Notes: generated by a model from the sequence alone, not told the origin. Numbered from the stretch's first letter, positions 13,671 through 29,184 are shown. The stretch is 64,000 nt of DNA from Eledone cirrhosa (GCA_964016885.1 OZ024745.1:106206001-106270000); one strand, 5' to 3'. Made by a program: numbers and translations.

Positions 13671-13707
13671 AGGAAAAGCGAAGTAGTTTCAGATGTTCAA
13701 ATCCTTT

Positions 13708-13889
13708 AATAATTGTTTCTACTTTTGGCACAAGGCCATCAATTACCCAGTACATTACTGGTACTTTATTTTATCGACCCCGTAAGGATGAAAGGCAAAG
13801 TTAACCTCGGCGGGATTTGAACTCAGACCGCAAAGGGACGTAACTATGCTGGAAAGCATGGCATCCGACTCTCTACCGATACTGCCAAA
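13708..13889 (-). mobile_element. tRNA-derived SINE (family A, Nin/Deu-like core)
   Basis: Box A TGGCAGTATCGG, box B GAGTTCAAATCCC, core GCCTTTCATCCTTACGGGGTCGATAAA, tail CCTTGTGCCAAAAGTAGAAACAATTATT. Confidence 0.88.
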
Positions 13890-14499
13890 TGCTGTGATAT
13901 ATATTTCAATGGCGACAGTGGCCACACTGTTCTGTGCGCCAGTTTCGCGAGATCGTCAGAAAGCTTGTTACATAATAAGGTTATGTTTCCGAGGCAATCC
14001 AAATTGAATCGACATGGGAACGGACGAAGTATGGGCTTTTGGGTTCTTCATCCGTATTCCTGTGAGTGCCAATTCATCCCCACTGGTCTGCGCAGGCGCA
14101 GGTCCAGGGGGAAGTTGACCATTAGCTACCGCAGATTTAAACGAAATTCGCTTAGTCAGTTCCCTCTCTCAGACAGACAATGACCCATTCAAGCCTGCAC
14201 CATAGATTACTGCTACTCATCCCGTCTGTGGCAGTCAGCCGAAAGCCAGTGGGGATGGGAGAGTGTTGGTATTTACAGGTGTCTTTACTACCTCTCACTA
14301 ATCATGGACAGTATAACTGACCATCAACCCCTAAGAGGATATATTTAATTCTATGTATTATAGTTTCATATTGGAAGTTATAAGTGAAATTAGAACTAAA
14401 AATTACAATTTAAAATCGAAAATCCTAAATCAAGTATCACTCCTATGTGGAATAAGTACGTTGAGTGCTTGATTTGAATTGCATCAATATTTACCATAA

Positions 14500-14582
<83 letters not shown>

Positions 14583-14889
14583 GTTAGGGAAGCAGAAAAT
14601 TTCTTATTGTGATCCAGTTCGTGTTTAAGAAACCCAGTTTCATGGACGGTTTCAACGTACGGTTAGGGGTAACTCCACAAGTTTGTAAGAATTCCGTTCA
14701 ATCTTGGAGTATAAAGTATAAAAGAGAAAACACAGGTAAGCATTGAGAGAAGGATTTTATCCACGTATTTACGACCGTTTCATTGGTAAGTGCAACCTTA
14801 TATTGCTATACTGCAAATAGCAGCCACTCAATTATAATTGTTGTTCACGTCCAAATTTTCAAAATAGTGAGTAAGTTACTCTTGAAATA

Positions 14890-14974
<85 letters not shown>

Positions 14975-15250
14975 TTAAGGATACTATTTATGGTTATGTA
15001 TGTAATAAAACCTTTTATGGTAATATATTTTTTATACAAACCTTAAATAGTGAAAGATAGTCATTAATTACTATCTTATTACCAGTAAGATAAATAGCTC
15101 AATGTAATAACATCGGTTGTTTTACAGATGTAAATTGCCATGCTATATCATTTTGATGGATGTCACCCCACTGTGGATCAATATGTGCATATGTTTTATA
15201 TGTCTCTTGTGTTGAAAAGGAGGTCAAGTATGTTATAGATCACTAAATAG

Positions 15251-15298
15251 TGTCTCCGAAGAACCAAACCTCGGTTTGGAGGAAACAATTGTAAGCAA
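15251..15298 (+). ncRNA. Decayed minimal hammerhead motif
   Basis: CCGAAGA (one core change), CCAAACC/GGTTTGG stem II, GAAAC-AATT-GTA palindromic stem III. Confidence 0.5.
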
Positions 15299-15332
15299 AT
15301 AAATGATTTAAACTGAACTTTGATTATTGTAA

Positions 15333-15430
<98 letters not shown>

Positions 15431-15643
15431 AGTTCTACCACTTGGCTTGAATTCTTTTCAGAATTCATTAACCTGCGCATGTATTGTTTTTTGGCGGTAA
15501 TCTCCTTCCTCCTATTTTCGAGACAGTGTGAGATTTTCTTTAGAACTGCTGGCCTAACAACCTAGCAGCTCCCTAAAGCACTGATGGTGATTATCGCTAA
15601 ATATTGATGTTGATTTGGTTATCAATATTAATATTATTGGGCA

Positions 15644-15770
15644 CCCACTGAAGAATTATAAGAGCCCACTTGAATAAGTATCTGTTGATCTAATACAAGC
15701 TTCTACATAAATTGGTATAATTTCACCCAACTTGTAGAAATCTTATAGTGAAACGAGACGTCCGTCTGAG
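15644..15770 (+). ncRNA. Hammerhead motif with a ~95-nt stem II domain
   Basis: CTGAAGA at 15648; ATTATAAGA/TCTTATAGT closing stem; GAAA at 15750; CG(AGACGTC)CG-TC. Stem I is imperfect (CCCA/TGAG). Confidence 0.5.
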
Positions 15771-15940
15771 AAGTGATATATTTGATATATCTCATATGAA
15801 ATGATACAGCCAATTTTCCACACAATACAATTAGTTAGCACCCCGAACGTTTAATTAGGAATATACTCAGGTATTTCGTAATGTTTGTTGAGTGAGTTGG
15901 AATTTGGCCGGTGTATCGCTATTAGCTTTCTCCAATTATG

Positions 15941-16024
<84 letters not shown>

Positions 16025-16059
16025 TAGAACTGTTCTATTTCAAGGAAATCATCGGGGCT

Positions 16060-16192
16060 TTCCTGATGATTTCCTTCGAATAAAACAGTTCGAGTCCTTT
16101 ACAAATCATTTGTATATAAAATTTGTTAGTCATGCTCTACTAATTTACTGAGTACCTTACTTACTGTGGTTACCCCCGATTGAACGCGGGAC
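16060..16192 (+). mobile_element. Family P3 remnant with decayed HHR
   Basis: TTCCTGATGATTTCCTTCGAATAAAACAGTTCGAGTCC...GAGTACCTTACTTACTGTGGTTACC, matching 11875-11993. Confidence 0.65.
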
Positions 16193-16207
16193 TCACTCAC
16201 ACACACG

Positions 16208-16328
<121 letters not shown>

Positions 16329-16329
16329 T

Positions 16330-16625
16330 TCGTTTTAAATTTGTTTTGAAGATTTTTTTTATATGAAAACGTGTGTTGAAAGATTGTTATACTTTGGCAC
16401 ACAACACACAAAAACAAGAGGGCGTAGAACAGAAAAAAGGAGAGACACAAAATAACAGACCAGTCACTGGGGAGGTCACAGAATGTGTGACGAAAGAACT
16501 TTGACAATAAATATACAGCCACCCGGTTATTGAACCATCCAACAGGAAATTTGTAATAAATTGAATTGAAAACTAACATGCGTGTGTTCGTATTGGCAGT
16601 ATGACCCTCCCAAAGTATAGCAATA
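16330..16625 (+). mobile_element. Diverged Naiad-like Penelope 3' UTR fragment
   Basis: Matches 28600-28870: CCAGTCACTG..GGTCACAGA.TGTGTGACGAAAG and the terminal ATGACCCTCCCAAAGTATA. Confidence 0.7.
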
Positions 16626-16891
16626 TCTATATATACATATATCCTCCCTGCACTCTCTCACCCCCTCCATCCACTCCTCACGCACCTCCACACCCGTGCC
16701 CTCCCCGATCCATACACCCCCTCAACCTTTTTTATAACATTTATTTTAACTTTTATTTTTCTCTTCATGTTTTATTTTTATCTATTTTTTCTCTCTAACT
16801 CCCTTCTCACTCCTTCTCGTGGTCCCTCCCGCACCCCACTCTCCTGAGGAAGGGCTTCCTCACCTCCACCACTCTCACTAAGCGTGCAACT

Positions 16892-17030
16892 AATAATTGT
16901 TTCTACTTTTGGCACAAGGCCAGCAATTCCCGAGTACATTACTGATACTTTATTTTATCGCCCCCGTAAGGATCAAAGGCAAAGTTAACCTCGATAGGAT
17001 TTGAACTCAGACCATAAAGGGAGCGTAAAA
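16892..17030 (-). mobile_element. SINE family A, 5'-truncated
   Basis: Core and tail match 13708-13889. Confidence 0.85.
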
Positions 17031-17094
17031 TTAATAATATTTGTAACATATCAAACATTTCAATCATTTCTGTGAAACTTCGATATATTATTCC

Positions 17095-17145
<51 letters not shown>

Positions 17146-17322
17146 AGTGAACAAGGAAAAAAGGAAAAACGAACACAGACGTATATATATATGTGTTCAA
17201 ATCGTAATGGACCAGTTATATGTTATATACGGCTCGGAAAAATCTTTTTCCTAGAGCTAATTTACTATTTTGAGTTTCTTACTCAATACATGCTTTTGAT
17301 ACATGCTTTTGATATCTATATA

Positions 17323-17358
<36 letters not shown>

Positions 17359-18054
17359 AAATATATATATATTTATGTATATATATATATATAAAAGGCG
17401 GACGTCCACAAATTTTACGGGATCAAATAATATTTTTAAATTCGAGAATAATCGATGTACGATTCGAAATCGATATGATTTGATCTCATAACGTAAAGAG
17501 GCGTAACACGGTATTTTACCCATCTCTTCCCCGATTCTGCCTATCTACCAAAAATATCTTTAACGAATATAATAAAAAGCAGGTTGATGTGTGAAAATCT
17601 TGTCTAATTTGATGTAAGGGAGGTAATTTTATTAGAAGGAAATAATTCCGTCAAGGGAAATAACTTATACAATTCGAATGAAAATTTTCAGAGTCTGTTC
17701 CCATATATATACACAGATGTGCGAAATGATTAACAATTAAACCTATGCATTGTTTGTTGACAACTATATTTAATATAGTGCAAGAAGACTGTTTACTTAA
17801 CTATTTCAAAATTGTTTATTAAATAGCATTCAAACTATCAAGGAATAAAATAACAACTAAAAAAGAAAATCAAGTGAAAATAGGGATGCATAAGACGTCA
17901 AAACATTTGTGAATATACTACCTGTGTGTTCGTACATCTGTGTGTACGTGAAAGACTTCGTTTTACGTACACTCACACACGCACTAACTCACACTCACAA
18001 ACACACACACACTGTGGGTTTTAAGTCGTTAATGGAGTAATATAGTTGATCCTG

Positions 18055-18248
18055 CATTTGCCACAAGCCCAGAAATTTAAAGGGCAGTGGAAAATTTGTT
18101 AAATCTACCCCAGTGTATTTATTTTATCGACCCCATAAGGATGAAAGTTAAAACTAACCTCGGCAGGATTTGAACGTGAAACGTAAATGGCCGTAACTCT
18201 ATGCCGCAAAGCATGTTATCCGACGTTCTATTGATACTGCCAATTCGT
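18055..18248 (-). mobile_element. SINE family A, older long-tail variant
   Basis: TTTTATCGACCCCATAAGGATGAAAG core and head GATACTGCCAAT. Confidence 0.75.
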
Positions 18249-20531
18249 ATACTGATCTAAATTATTCCAGTCGCTCCTATTTGTATATCAGGATCTACAT
18301 TTATTAGTGCATCTTTCTATATATAAGTCAGCTTAAGATGAGGGACATTTAGCAGAACACTTTATTCAATCTCCTTGATACCAAACCAACTGTGACAACC
18401 CTGGTTCTGCGATGCAAAGCTTTTTAATTTGAAACACTTTCATTCATAATTTTAATTGAGAATCTTGGTTACGTTATGTTCAAAATATTCTTTAATAATT
18501 CTTTATAGGAAGACGGCATAGTTTTATTATTCATTCCCTGCAAGTTCTTGATTATTTAAAAAATTATTTGAAAACTATGGACATTTCCTCTCGTTAAATC
18601 TATTATAACGAAAGGGTTAAAGAAAATATTTTGTCTCAGTTTACCTATATATTAAAGAGGAATGGAATCTAAAACCTGAACAACGTAAAATACATGCTTA
18701 CGGGTTTCATAAATAACATATCGGTCTAATGTTGAAGACTAGTGATATCTTTAGAGTGTTGAATAGGATGCCCTGCGGTATTTGTTCCGACTCCTTCCGC
18801 CCGGAGTAAAAGTTCCACCGTGGTATATTTTGGTAGAAAACCTAATTTATCTCCCGGTCTAAATCACTTTCTGGCTCCTGAGTACCTTTAACTGAGTCCA
18901 CTCTTTTGCAAATATTTGTGCTAGGCTTCTGGTTTGAAGATACCATCACTTACCCACTGCCAAGAGCCTTGTATGCCGCTGAAAACGATCACCGACATGT
19001 CCCTTCCGCCTGTTTAAGCAATAGAAATTAAAAAAAGCTTAATATTGATGTATTAAAAGTTTAGTGTTCCCGCATAACAATAGTCATGAAATAATTGGCG
19101 ATCATTAACTAGAATCATGCTTGATTTCCATAAAAGTTTAACATTTCCATAAATCTAATTCAACGTATCTTCTTCTACGTTGTATCTTGACATATTACAA
19201 CTAGCAGACGATTAGCTGTCATATCATACCTTACTGTTGTAAAACTAACGACAAACGTAAACATGCATTCTTAATCATACAAGCTGTCGAGATGGCCATG
19301 GCTGAAACGTCTTTTATCCGACGTCTATTGAATCAGGATTGGCCTGGAGATAAAAAAACAAAAAAACAGCATCAACTAAAATCTAAATAATCTAAATATC
19401 TTTTAGATGATAAATTGTGATAAAGGTAGAGTTAGGATTCTTAAATTGTAGCCTTAATGTGGACTACTATTTTCAAATGCAGAGCATTCTGGAATCCCTT
19501 TTGATGTCGAATCTCAAATTTTGATTTAATCTCCTCATATCTTGTTTTGATGTGTTTTTTTTTTTTAACGAGGGGTACATTAAATAACCTAGCCCTAAAT
19601 ATAAAAAAAAAACGGAAAAATTGTGGTAGAGACACCCTCAATCTTGCTTAATTAGGGTTAATCTCTGTCTAAACTTCGACAATACGGCATAAATTCTGAT
19701 AATTTATATATAATGCATAAGACACAATATTTCCAAGTACTATACAAATAACGGGATTGGCTTCTAGCATTCTCTAATGAAAACAGAATTCACAGATGCA
19801 GACATGATAGTGTCACCAAGGTTGCACAGTGTGATAATACCAGTGACCTTTAGAAAACCAAATAATGAAATAACACCTCAAAGCAGACATGGTTTCTCTC
19901 TAGGGATTATAATGACGTACAACGAGCTTTATTCAGAAAATTTATTCAGACTGAAGGTAGGGTGAAATAGTATCAGCAGACAGCTTATTCTAAAGTAGTA
20001 AATACACAAATGTGCCAATAAAGAAGACAGTGGTTCGATTGCTGCTGGATCTCCTCTTTTATTTCTGTTTGAGGTTTACATCACACAGTTTCACTACATT
20101 ATTTCCACAATATCGAAATCATTACCATCCATTCAGAGTTTATGAATAGTGTTAGTGTATAACATTTAAGAAGTCAGCCGATCTAGCATAACACCCCCAG
20201 CTGATCCTTGGGTGATTTTAGCATTAGCAGAGCTCAGTTTTTTGCCAGCGTTTGGCTCAGATTTCCGGTTCCCTTCCTATTCGTGTATTTTTTAAAAATC
20301 TTTTTCGGGCATTGATTTACACATATTTAGACGCATCCTCGGCACTAGTCTGGGAAAGCTTACAAAAATTGATTCCATTAATTAACTTATATAAAAAGTA
20401 AATTGAAATTAAAATTAAAAAAATGAATTAATTCTTATAAATTCCCATAAAATTTATGCAAAAGAAAGTGGGTTGTTGTAACATTGATTTCTTTTCTTTT
20501 AGCTTTATAACAATAAAAAAGTATAAAAGTA

Positions 20532-20753
20532 AAATAATTTTCTTATATGTGCACAAGGTCAGCAATTTTGGGGGAGGAGAAAGTCGATTAAATCGACCCC
20601 AGTGCGTGACTGGTACTTTATTTTATCGACCCCGTAAGGATGAAAGGCAAAGTTAACCTCGGCGGGATTTGAACTCAGATCATAAAGGGCCGTAACTCTA
20701 TGCTGCAAAGCATGGCGTCTGACCCACTACCGATACTGCCAATCCACTGCCCT
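20532..20753 (-). mobile_element. SINE family A, long-tail variant with TSD
   Basis: Full head, core and tail; carries an extra GTCGATTAAATCGAC hairpin segment. TSD TAAAAGTAAAATAAT on both sides. Confidence 0.88.
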
Positions 20754-21416
20754 TAAAAGTAAAATAATGCTACTTAGAAATCCTGCTTCCACTGAAATAT
20801 ATTGAAACTAGCAAACGGAAAATATGTTTCTTTATATATGGTTGCAACGTAGTGTCTGATTGATCAAATCTGACCTGAAAGTAAACAATTTCGATCGTGT
20901 TTGATCTTCAGGTCATTTTAATGGTTTAAGTCGGCAGGAAGACATGTCAGATTGATTCATTTGATGTTCAGTCGGGAGAGCTGCGAGTGACATGGTCGTC
21001 ATAATATCACTGTTACGCTTGTAAAATTATGGATTTTGTGTAGTTCTGAATAAAGCAATGTTTACTACAGTTTTTTTAAACATTAACTGGAACAATGAGT
21101 AAAAAGAAAAAAAATATCACGGGTAAATAAAATGGCTATAACTGAGAACTGTAACCGGAATGTGATCTCAAACTATTGTTTGTTTATATCTACGGAATTC
21201 TCCCACCTACGAATCATCATTGGTTCAAAGTTGCATCACTGGTATATGACTAATGTATCACACGAAAGGGATGACACATAAATACGAACACCCTGAATTT
21301 TAATCTTAGAATTTAGGATTATCTTCCATTTCTATCACTGCCTTAATCTCCTTATATATCAATTTTAATCCAAGCAAACGAGGAAGTTTGTATGGTCTAC
21401 TTCATTCGAATTGTAG

Positions 21417-21533
21417 CAATAATTGTTTCTACTTTAGGCACAAGGCCAGCAATTACCCAGTGCATTACTGGTACTTTATTTTATCGACCCCGTAAGGATG
21501 AAAGGCAACGTCAACCTCGGCGGGATTTGAACT
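21417..21533 (-). mobile_element. SINE family A, 5'-truncated, with ~18-bp TSD
   Basis: TCGAATTGTAGCAATAAT is duplicated at ~21406 and ~21532. Confidence 0.88.
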
Positions 21534-22295
21534 CGAATTGTAGCAATAATGTCCTTAAATCACAACTTGATGCCTTGGACAACGATGAGTAGAATGGGCA
21601 GGCAACTCATGCATATACAAAAAGATTGAATTGTTACAGTTGAATGCTTTCAACATTGAGTTACTGGGCTCGTGGCGAACAACTATAATAATTAGCATTG
21701 AACAGATAGCTAACAGCAAACCGTAGAAATAGGTCTCGGTATAGATTGTCATTTTACATGACAGTTGTAAATATGGTAAAGTCTGACTAGATTAATTAGC
21801 GTTAAGCGACTGGGAGTGCAATAGTCAGGCCTGGGCGGGGAGGTCTCCCAACCACTTTGAGATGGGTGAGAGATGTCTTCTCTTGTGAAAATGAGTATTG
21901 CTGTCATTAAGTAAAAATCTCCCCATTTTGCCTCATTTCTTCCCGTTTCGGGACACTTGTTTGATGTTACTCCTCGGTTAGGTTTTTAGACATTCGCAGG
22001 TCTGGGTTAACCTCTGCTATTGCTGGTACTGATATATTTTCAGCGAAGTGGAGGAGAACAGCGGGAAATGTCATGTTCAAGCTATTAACATGACACCGAG
22101 TCATGAAATTGAACCCATCAAATTATGATCGTATCCTACAAACCCTAACATCTAGGCTTTGATTTAAATACTGTGGCTTCCATCTAAATTGCCTTTCATG
22201 ATTCGAAATAGTAGATACTTGGCAAGGGCCTTCCTCTGACATCATACATTAAAATATATATAAGTTTCATTTTATTTTGGAATAGTATATATACA

Positions 22296-22492
22296 ATAAT
22301 TGTTTCTACTTTTGGCACAAGGCCAGCAATTACCCAGTACATTACTGGTACTTTATTTTATCGACCCCGTAGGATGAAAGGCAAAGTCAACCTCGGCGGG
22401 ATTTGAACTCAGTCCGTAAAGGGACGTAACTGTGCTGGAAAGCATGGTGTCCGACCCTCTACTGATACTGCCAATCCACCGATACTGCCAAT
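22296..22492 (-). mobile_element. SINE family A
   Basis: Full-length match to the other copies. Confidence 0.88.
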
Positions 22493-24055
22493 AATAATGT
22501 TTTGTATTTCGTCATACATCTGCGACCTACTCTATGCCTCAGTTCTATTCCAGATACAGTGCAATTCTATTAGTGAGCAGGTCGTATTATGCATTTCGGG
22601 ATAATTATAATGTTGTGCTCTAACTAGCTATCTGGACACCTCCACGATGTATATGTTTAATAGAATGTTTTTATTTTTTAAATAATAATATCTAGGTCTA
22701 ATATTGCTCCATAACCTATCAATAATAGCAATAACATGTTCAATAGATGTAAAACAAAAGAAAATGTAGGTACCATGTATTTTGTAGGCGAATTGAGATA
22801 TGTTGTATAGACAACAATTTGAGGAGTGTTTGGTAAAAGCTAGGAATTAACCACTCCATCATTGGGAGTGCGTTCACATAAAAATAAAATGCATTCAAAA
22901 TGAGTTACTTAAAAACAGTCGGCCGTCGAATCCATCTGCTTAGAATCTTTAATATAACGAGAATGACTGCGAGAAGAAATGGTAATTGTAGATATTTGAT
23001 TTAACTTGACAACGTTTTAATCCCACTATACTTCATAATATATTTTGAATATCAATATTGGACAGCGAAGGTATTTATATTTTAAGATACCACACCGCAC
23101 ATCATCGCCTTGTTGCGTGTCCAAATAATAGAGAGCGTAAAAACGAGAATGTGTTTGTCGATTTCGAAAGAAACATCTATTGAGGAGTATCTACATAGTA
23201 TTTCAGGTTGCTAGAAATTGTAGCCAATCTCTCTTAACTCACACTCTTCCATCTTCAAACATAATGAAAGTTGGATAATGTAATTTGAGACAAACTCTCT
23301 CTAAAATAAATGGTTAGTTACGACTGGAATTCCTTTTAATATTGGTCTGCTTGATAAACAGTAATAGAAATACAAATCGACAAGGGGTGATATGCATGGT
23401 GCTTAGTTCTCTTATGGCTAACAACCACGTCTCTATCAAATCACATGTTATCTTCTTACAAAAAGAAGGAAGTCATACCAGATAATGTATTCTGAGATAC
23501 ATTATTTTTTCTAAAGCCAGGATCGTCTCATAATAGGTCTCTGTCCGATCAGAACTGATCAATTACAACAATTGCAATAACATAGTCTGGAACTGGCGCC
23601 CATGTAACAAGTATAGGGCAAAAATGAATGACTGGAACTTTATATGTAGTGAGTTTTACTGGAGTCTAGCAGTAGTAGCCATAGCTCACGACAATGGATG
23701 GGTCAAATAGAAAATCGAAAATACAACCAACGGTTATGTTTTTATATCTACAGCTCACTTTTATTATTCATTGTCAGACTGAATGACTCACTTTTAAACA
23801 AAGTCCCAAACTTGATGACTTACACTGTTGTGTTTATGAGCTTGTTCAAAATATATATATATATGTGTGTGTGTATGTAATAATGTGTGTGTAGTGTGTG
23901 TGTGCGTATGCATGTGTGGTTTGGAGTAGCCTGAGCTAAATGAAGTGCCTCTCCCCACCGAAATTCAATAATCAGAAGAAAAAGAATATTTCTGACTGTC
24001 AATGTTAACCTGGTGTCATGCGAAACAAAATCTCCACCCAGGATTACTTCCTCTC

Positions 24056-24143
<88 letters not shown>

Positions 24144-24279
24144 ATACAAACAAATATACACCCTACATACGTACGAACATACTACACATATACACACATA
24201 GTTATATATATATATATATATATATATGCATACATAAACATACACACACACATATATATATGTATATATATATATATAC

Positions 24280-24374
<95 letters not shown>

Positions 24375-24938
24375 CATACATACATGCATCAGGCAGTCTT
24401 ATATCGTTAAAATATATCCCGCTCAAGCGTTTCTGTGAAGTGCAATCATAAACGTTGCATAGAGACGTCGGTGGTGTATTCGCTAGCGCAGCGTTACAAT
24501 ACAAGTATATTTAACGACTCAATATCCATGGTCGTACATGAGAATAGCAAAGGACGGTTAATAACGCCCATCTCATTCTTTTGTATGAAACATTCTGTGA
24601 AACATTCATCTCTTCTTTGTGCTTCCTTAGCCAGCAGGCATTGTGTTTGTTTCAGAAATCAGTGACCAGGAACTCCAAACAGCAACGACCACAATGCTCA
24701 CTGCTACTGCGAATACTACTACAGATATAGATTTTAATGTCAGTTAACAAGATGCCAATCATCATGATCATCGTTGTGGTGAATATAATGATTCCCTTTC
24801 TGGATATTCTCCCCCTCCATTACCATGCTCCTCTTCCTTATCAAACTACTATTACTAGAGCGCATATAACACGATACAAACCATGTCATACTAAAAGTGG
24901 GTTATTAAAAAGGGGAAATGAATATTTATATATATATA

Positions 24939-25180
24939 CAATATTAAATAAATGGAAACTATATTTATAAAACTATATTTATAAAACCATATTTATAAAA
25001 CCATATTTATAAAACCATATTTATAAAACTATATTTATAAAACCATATTTAAATATGGTTTTATAAATAGAGTTTCCATTTATTTAATATTGCAAATATA
25101 CTCCAAATACTTGTCGAGTGCTTTTATATCAGTTATAAATATTTACTAGTTGTAACTCAACAATTTAAATATAACTTTCC
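24939..25180 (+). mobile_element. Palindromic Penelope-like remnant (family P4) with a 14-bp tandem expansion in one arm
   Basis: Palindrome centred at 25050/25051; six ATATTTATAAAACY units at 24961-25044. The tail GAGTGCTT...GTTATAAAT...CAACAA is homologous to 54690-54800(-). Confidence 0.6.
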
Positions 25181-25219
25181 ATATATATATATACATATAT
25201 TTATATGTATATATGTGTA

Positions 25220-25266
<47 letters not shown>

Positions 25267-25374
25267 ATAATAATAAATTTGAAGACTAAAATCCCAAAAG
25301 GGCTCGATAAGGATAAATATATATCAAATATATAAGAACCGTAGAGCAAATACTTTAATCTGTTATTTTAATAA

Positions 25375-25424
<50 letters not shown>

Positions 25425-25789
25425 TTTAGTACAGCATAGACGATGCTCTAGTATACGGCCAAGCTAACGTGTATGCTTATTCGGTTTGTAGCTTTAGCAC
25501 TCAGATGAGGTAAAACCCCAGAATAATAACATTATGTTCAGACAGCTTAGCAAATCAGATATAGCAGTCGGCAGTCCGACCGCATTACCAGAGCAACGAA
25601 AATACAGGACCCAGGAAAAGATTTTTTACTGACCCGGACATAACGCTGTGGCTGAGTGTAAAATATACAACCCAGACTGTGTATCCACAATATAGATTGC
25701 AATATCGCACGCAACATCAGCGCTAAGTTTCTGAAAATCCAAGATCGACAAATTCCTATTGCAGGAGTCTGCAATATAATGGTTATATA

Positions 25790-25988
25790 TATAGGAACGA
25801 GTCGGACCCTGACGGTTGAGCTCAAGCCGTTTCGACAGCTAATTCTGAACTAAAATTAGCCGTCGAAACGGCTTGAGCTCAGCCGTCGGGATCCTACTCG
25901 TTCCTATTACCCACTTTACTACCCTACCCTAAGTATTGATTACTTTGGTGCGTTATGGTCCATCTGGTTCCTTACCACATTTCCTTCG

Positions 25989-25990
<2 letters not shown>
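25790..25990 (+). mobile_element. Family P1 palindromic remnant, second copy
   Basis: Arms surround loop CTGAACTAA (25845-25853). The tail matches 11387-11470 in reverse; (TA)n flanks. Confidence 0.72.
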
Positions 25991-26041
<51 letters not shown>

Positions 26042-26048
<7 letters not shown>

Positions 26049-26525
26049 ATACTTTGGGAGGGTCATGTTGCCAATAAGAAACACACGCACCAGTTGCTTT
26101 CACTTCAGTTTATTATAATAAATTTATAAATTTCTGGTTGGTTGGTTGGTTCCACAACCAGATAGTTGTTTATATATTGTCATAGTTCTTTCGTCACACA
26201 CTCTGTGACATCTTCAGTGACTGGGGATTCTTTTCTTTGTTTTTTGTGCCTCTCCTTTGTTCTGTCCTACGCCATTTTGTTTCTGTGTGTGTGTTGTGTG
26301 CTCAGTCTGCGCATGCACCACATCCGGATGTCTGTGTGTGTTTATGTTCATTTATTTATTTGTTTATTTACCTGTTACTGGTTGGTTGTTTGTTCTATGT
26401 GTGTGTGTGTTTTCATTTTGTCCTTAATTGTAAGTTGTGATGTTGCTGTTCCACTCATATTTTCTATTTAATTTTGGTTGTAATTCTTTTATGTAATTCT
26501 TTTATTGCCTCTGTGATTTGTCTAA
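26042..26525 (-). mobile_element. Naiad-like Penelope 3' end (GIY-YIG C-terminus plus 3' UTR with HHR)
   Basis: Near-identical reverse copy of 28360-28872. Both ends lie in (TA)n; HHR at ~26178-26222(-). Confidence 0.85.
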
Positions 26526-26559
26526 TATGTATATATTTATATATATATATATATATATA

Positions 26560-26737
26560 TAATTGTTTCTACTTTTGGCACAAGGCCAGCAATTACCCAG
26601 TGTATTACTCGTACTTTATTTTATCGACCCCGTAAGTATGAAAGGCAAAGTTAAACTCGACGGGATTTGAATTCAGACCACAAAGGGCCGTAACTCTTTG
26701 CTTGCAAAGCATGGCGTCCGACCCTCTACCGATACTG
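26560..26737 (-). mobile_element. SINE family A
   Basis: Core and tail match. Confidence 0.87.
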
Positions 26738-27122
26738 AATATTAATATATACGGGAACAAAGAATGAGTGTTGCATCATATACATATTTAATTACATATT
26801 ACATATGTTTCACTGTCGATCAGCTCGAGGAACGATCTATTAATGATCGAACTTGACTCTGGAATGTAGACGCGTGTCTACATATTTGCACATATCTGAG
26901 GAGCTTCCGATCCCGAGGCAGGTTCGATCATTAATAGATAGTTCTTCGAGCTGATCGACAGTGAAACATATGTATTATGTAATTAAATAGGCATATGATG
27001 CAACGCTGATTCTTTGTTCCCGTATATATTAATATTATGGATACTCTGCTACCCAAGAGCATCGAGTGCTTATTCGGTAAACCGCGTATGGACGCAATTA
27101 ATTTGCACCTTAATACTATATA
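26738..27122 (+). mobile_element. Palindromic Penelope-like remnant (family P5) with HHR
   Basis: ~125-bp imperfect arms 26738-26863 and 26911-27036. HHR reads ACATAT-CTGAGGA(26896)-60 nt-GAAA(26963)-C-ATAT-G-TA^(A/T)TATGT. GAGTGCT at 27064, then (TA)n. Confidence 0.7.
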
Positions 27123-27124
27123 TT

Positions 27125-27232
<108 letters not shown>

Positions 27233-27286
27233 TATATATATTGGTATATATATATATGTGTGTGTGTAAATATATATATGTATATA

Positions 27287-27346
<60 letters not shown>

Positions 27347-27514
27347 TATATATATATATGTGTGTGTATATATATATATGTAAATATATATATGTATATG
27401 TGCATATATATATATATATACATATATATATGTATATATATATATATGAGTGTATATATATATGTATATATATATATGTATATATGCATATATATATGCA
27501 TATATATATATATG

Positions 27515-27575
<61 letters not shown>

Positions 27576-27599
27576 ATGTATATATATATATATATATAT

Positions 27600-27825
27600 A
27601 TCATCTTGGTTAAGAGAGTGGGCCTGGCTTTGTGCAGTGCCTTTGCTCACTATAAAAGCTTCACGGCACAGGCATTGCTTTATATCTGGAGATCTCTCTG
27701 CACTATGTGTCAATAATTGTCACAAGTGTAGTGAGTCTTTGTACCAGAGTTTTCAAGTCGGTGGCTGGACTAAAAAGTCACACTCGTTCAGCACATCGGT
27801 AGGGGCTCTCCTACAATGATATAAA
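27600..27825 (+). mobile_element. Family B retroposon fragment
   Basis: Matches 45752-46010 with an internal deletion. Confidence 0.75.
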
Positions 27826-29089
<1,264 letters not shown>

Positions 29090-29097
29090 AACATATA

Positions 29098-29183
<86 letters not shown>

Positions 29184-29184
<1 letters not shown>

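Noticed and set aside
13708-13889. SINE heads as tRNA genes
   Set aside because: A and B boxes are present, but there is no cloverleaf and they are followed by the SINE core and tail in many copies.
14075-14262. Structured GC-rich segment (CATCCCCACTGG/CCAGTGGGGATG) as a SECIS or other ribozyme
   Set aside because: Spacing and core nucleotides do not fit SECIS, twister or HDV; probably a decayed transposon interior.
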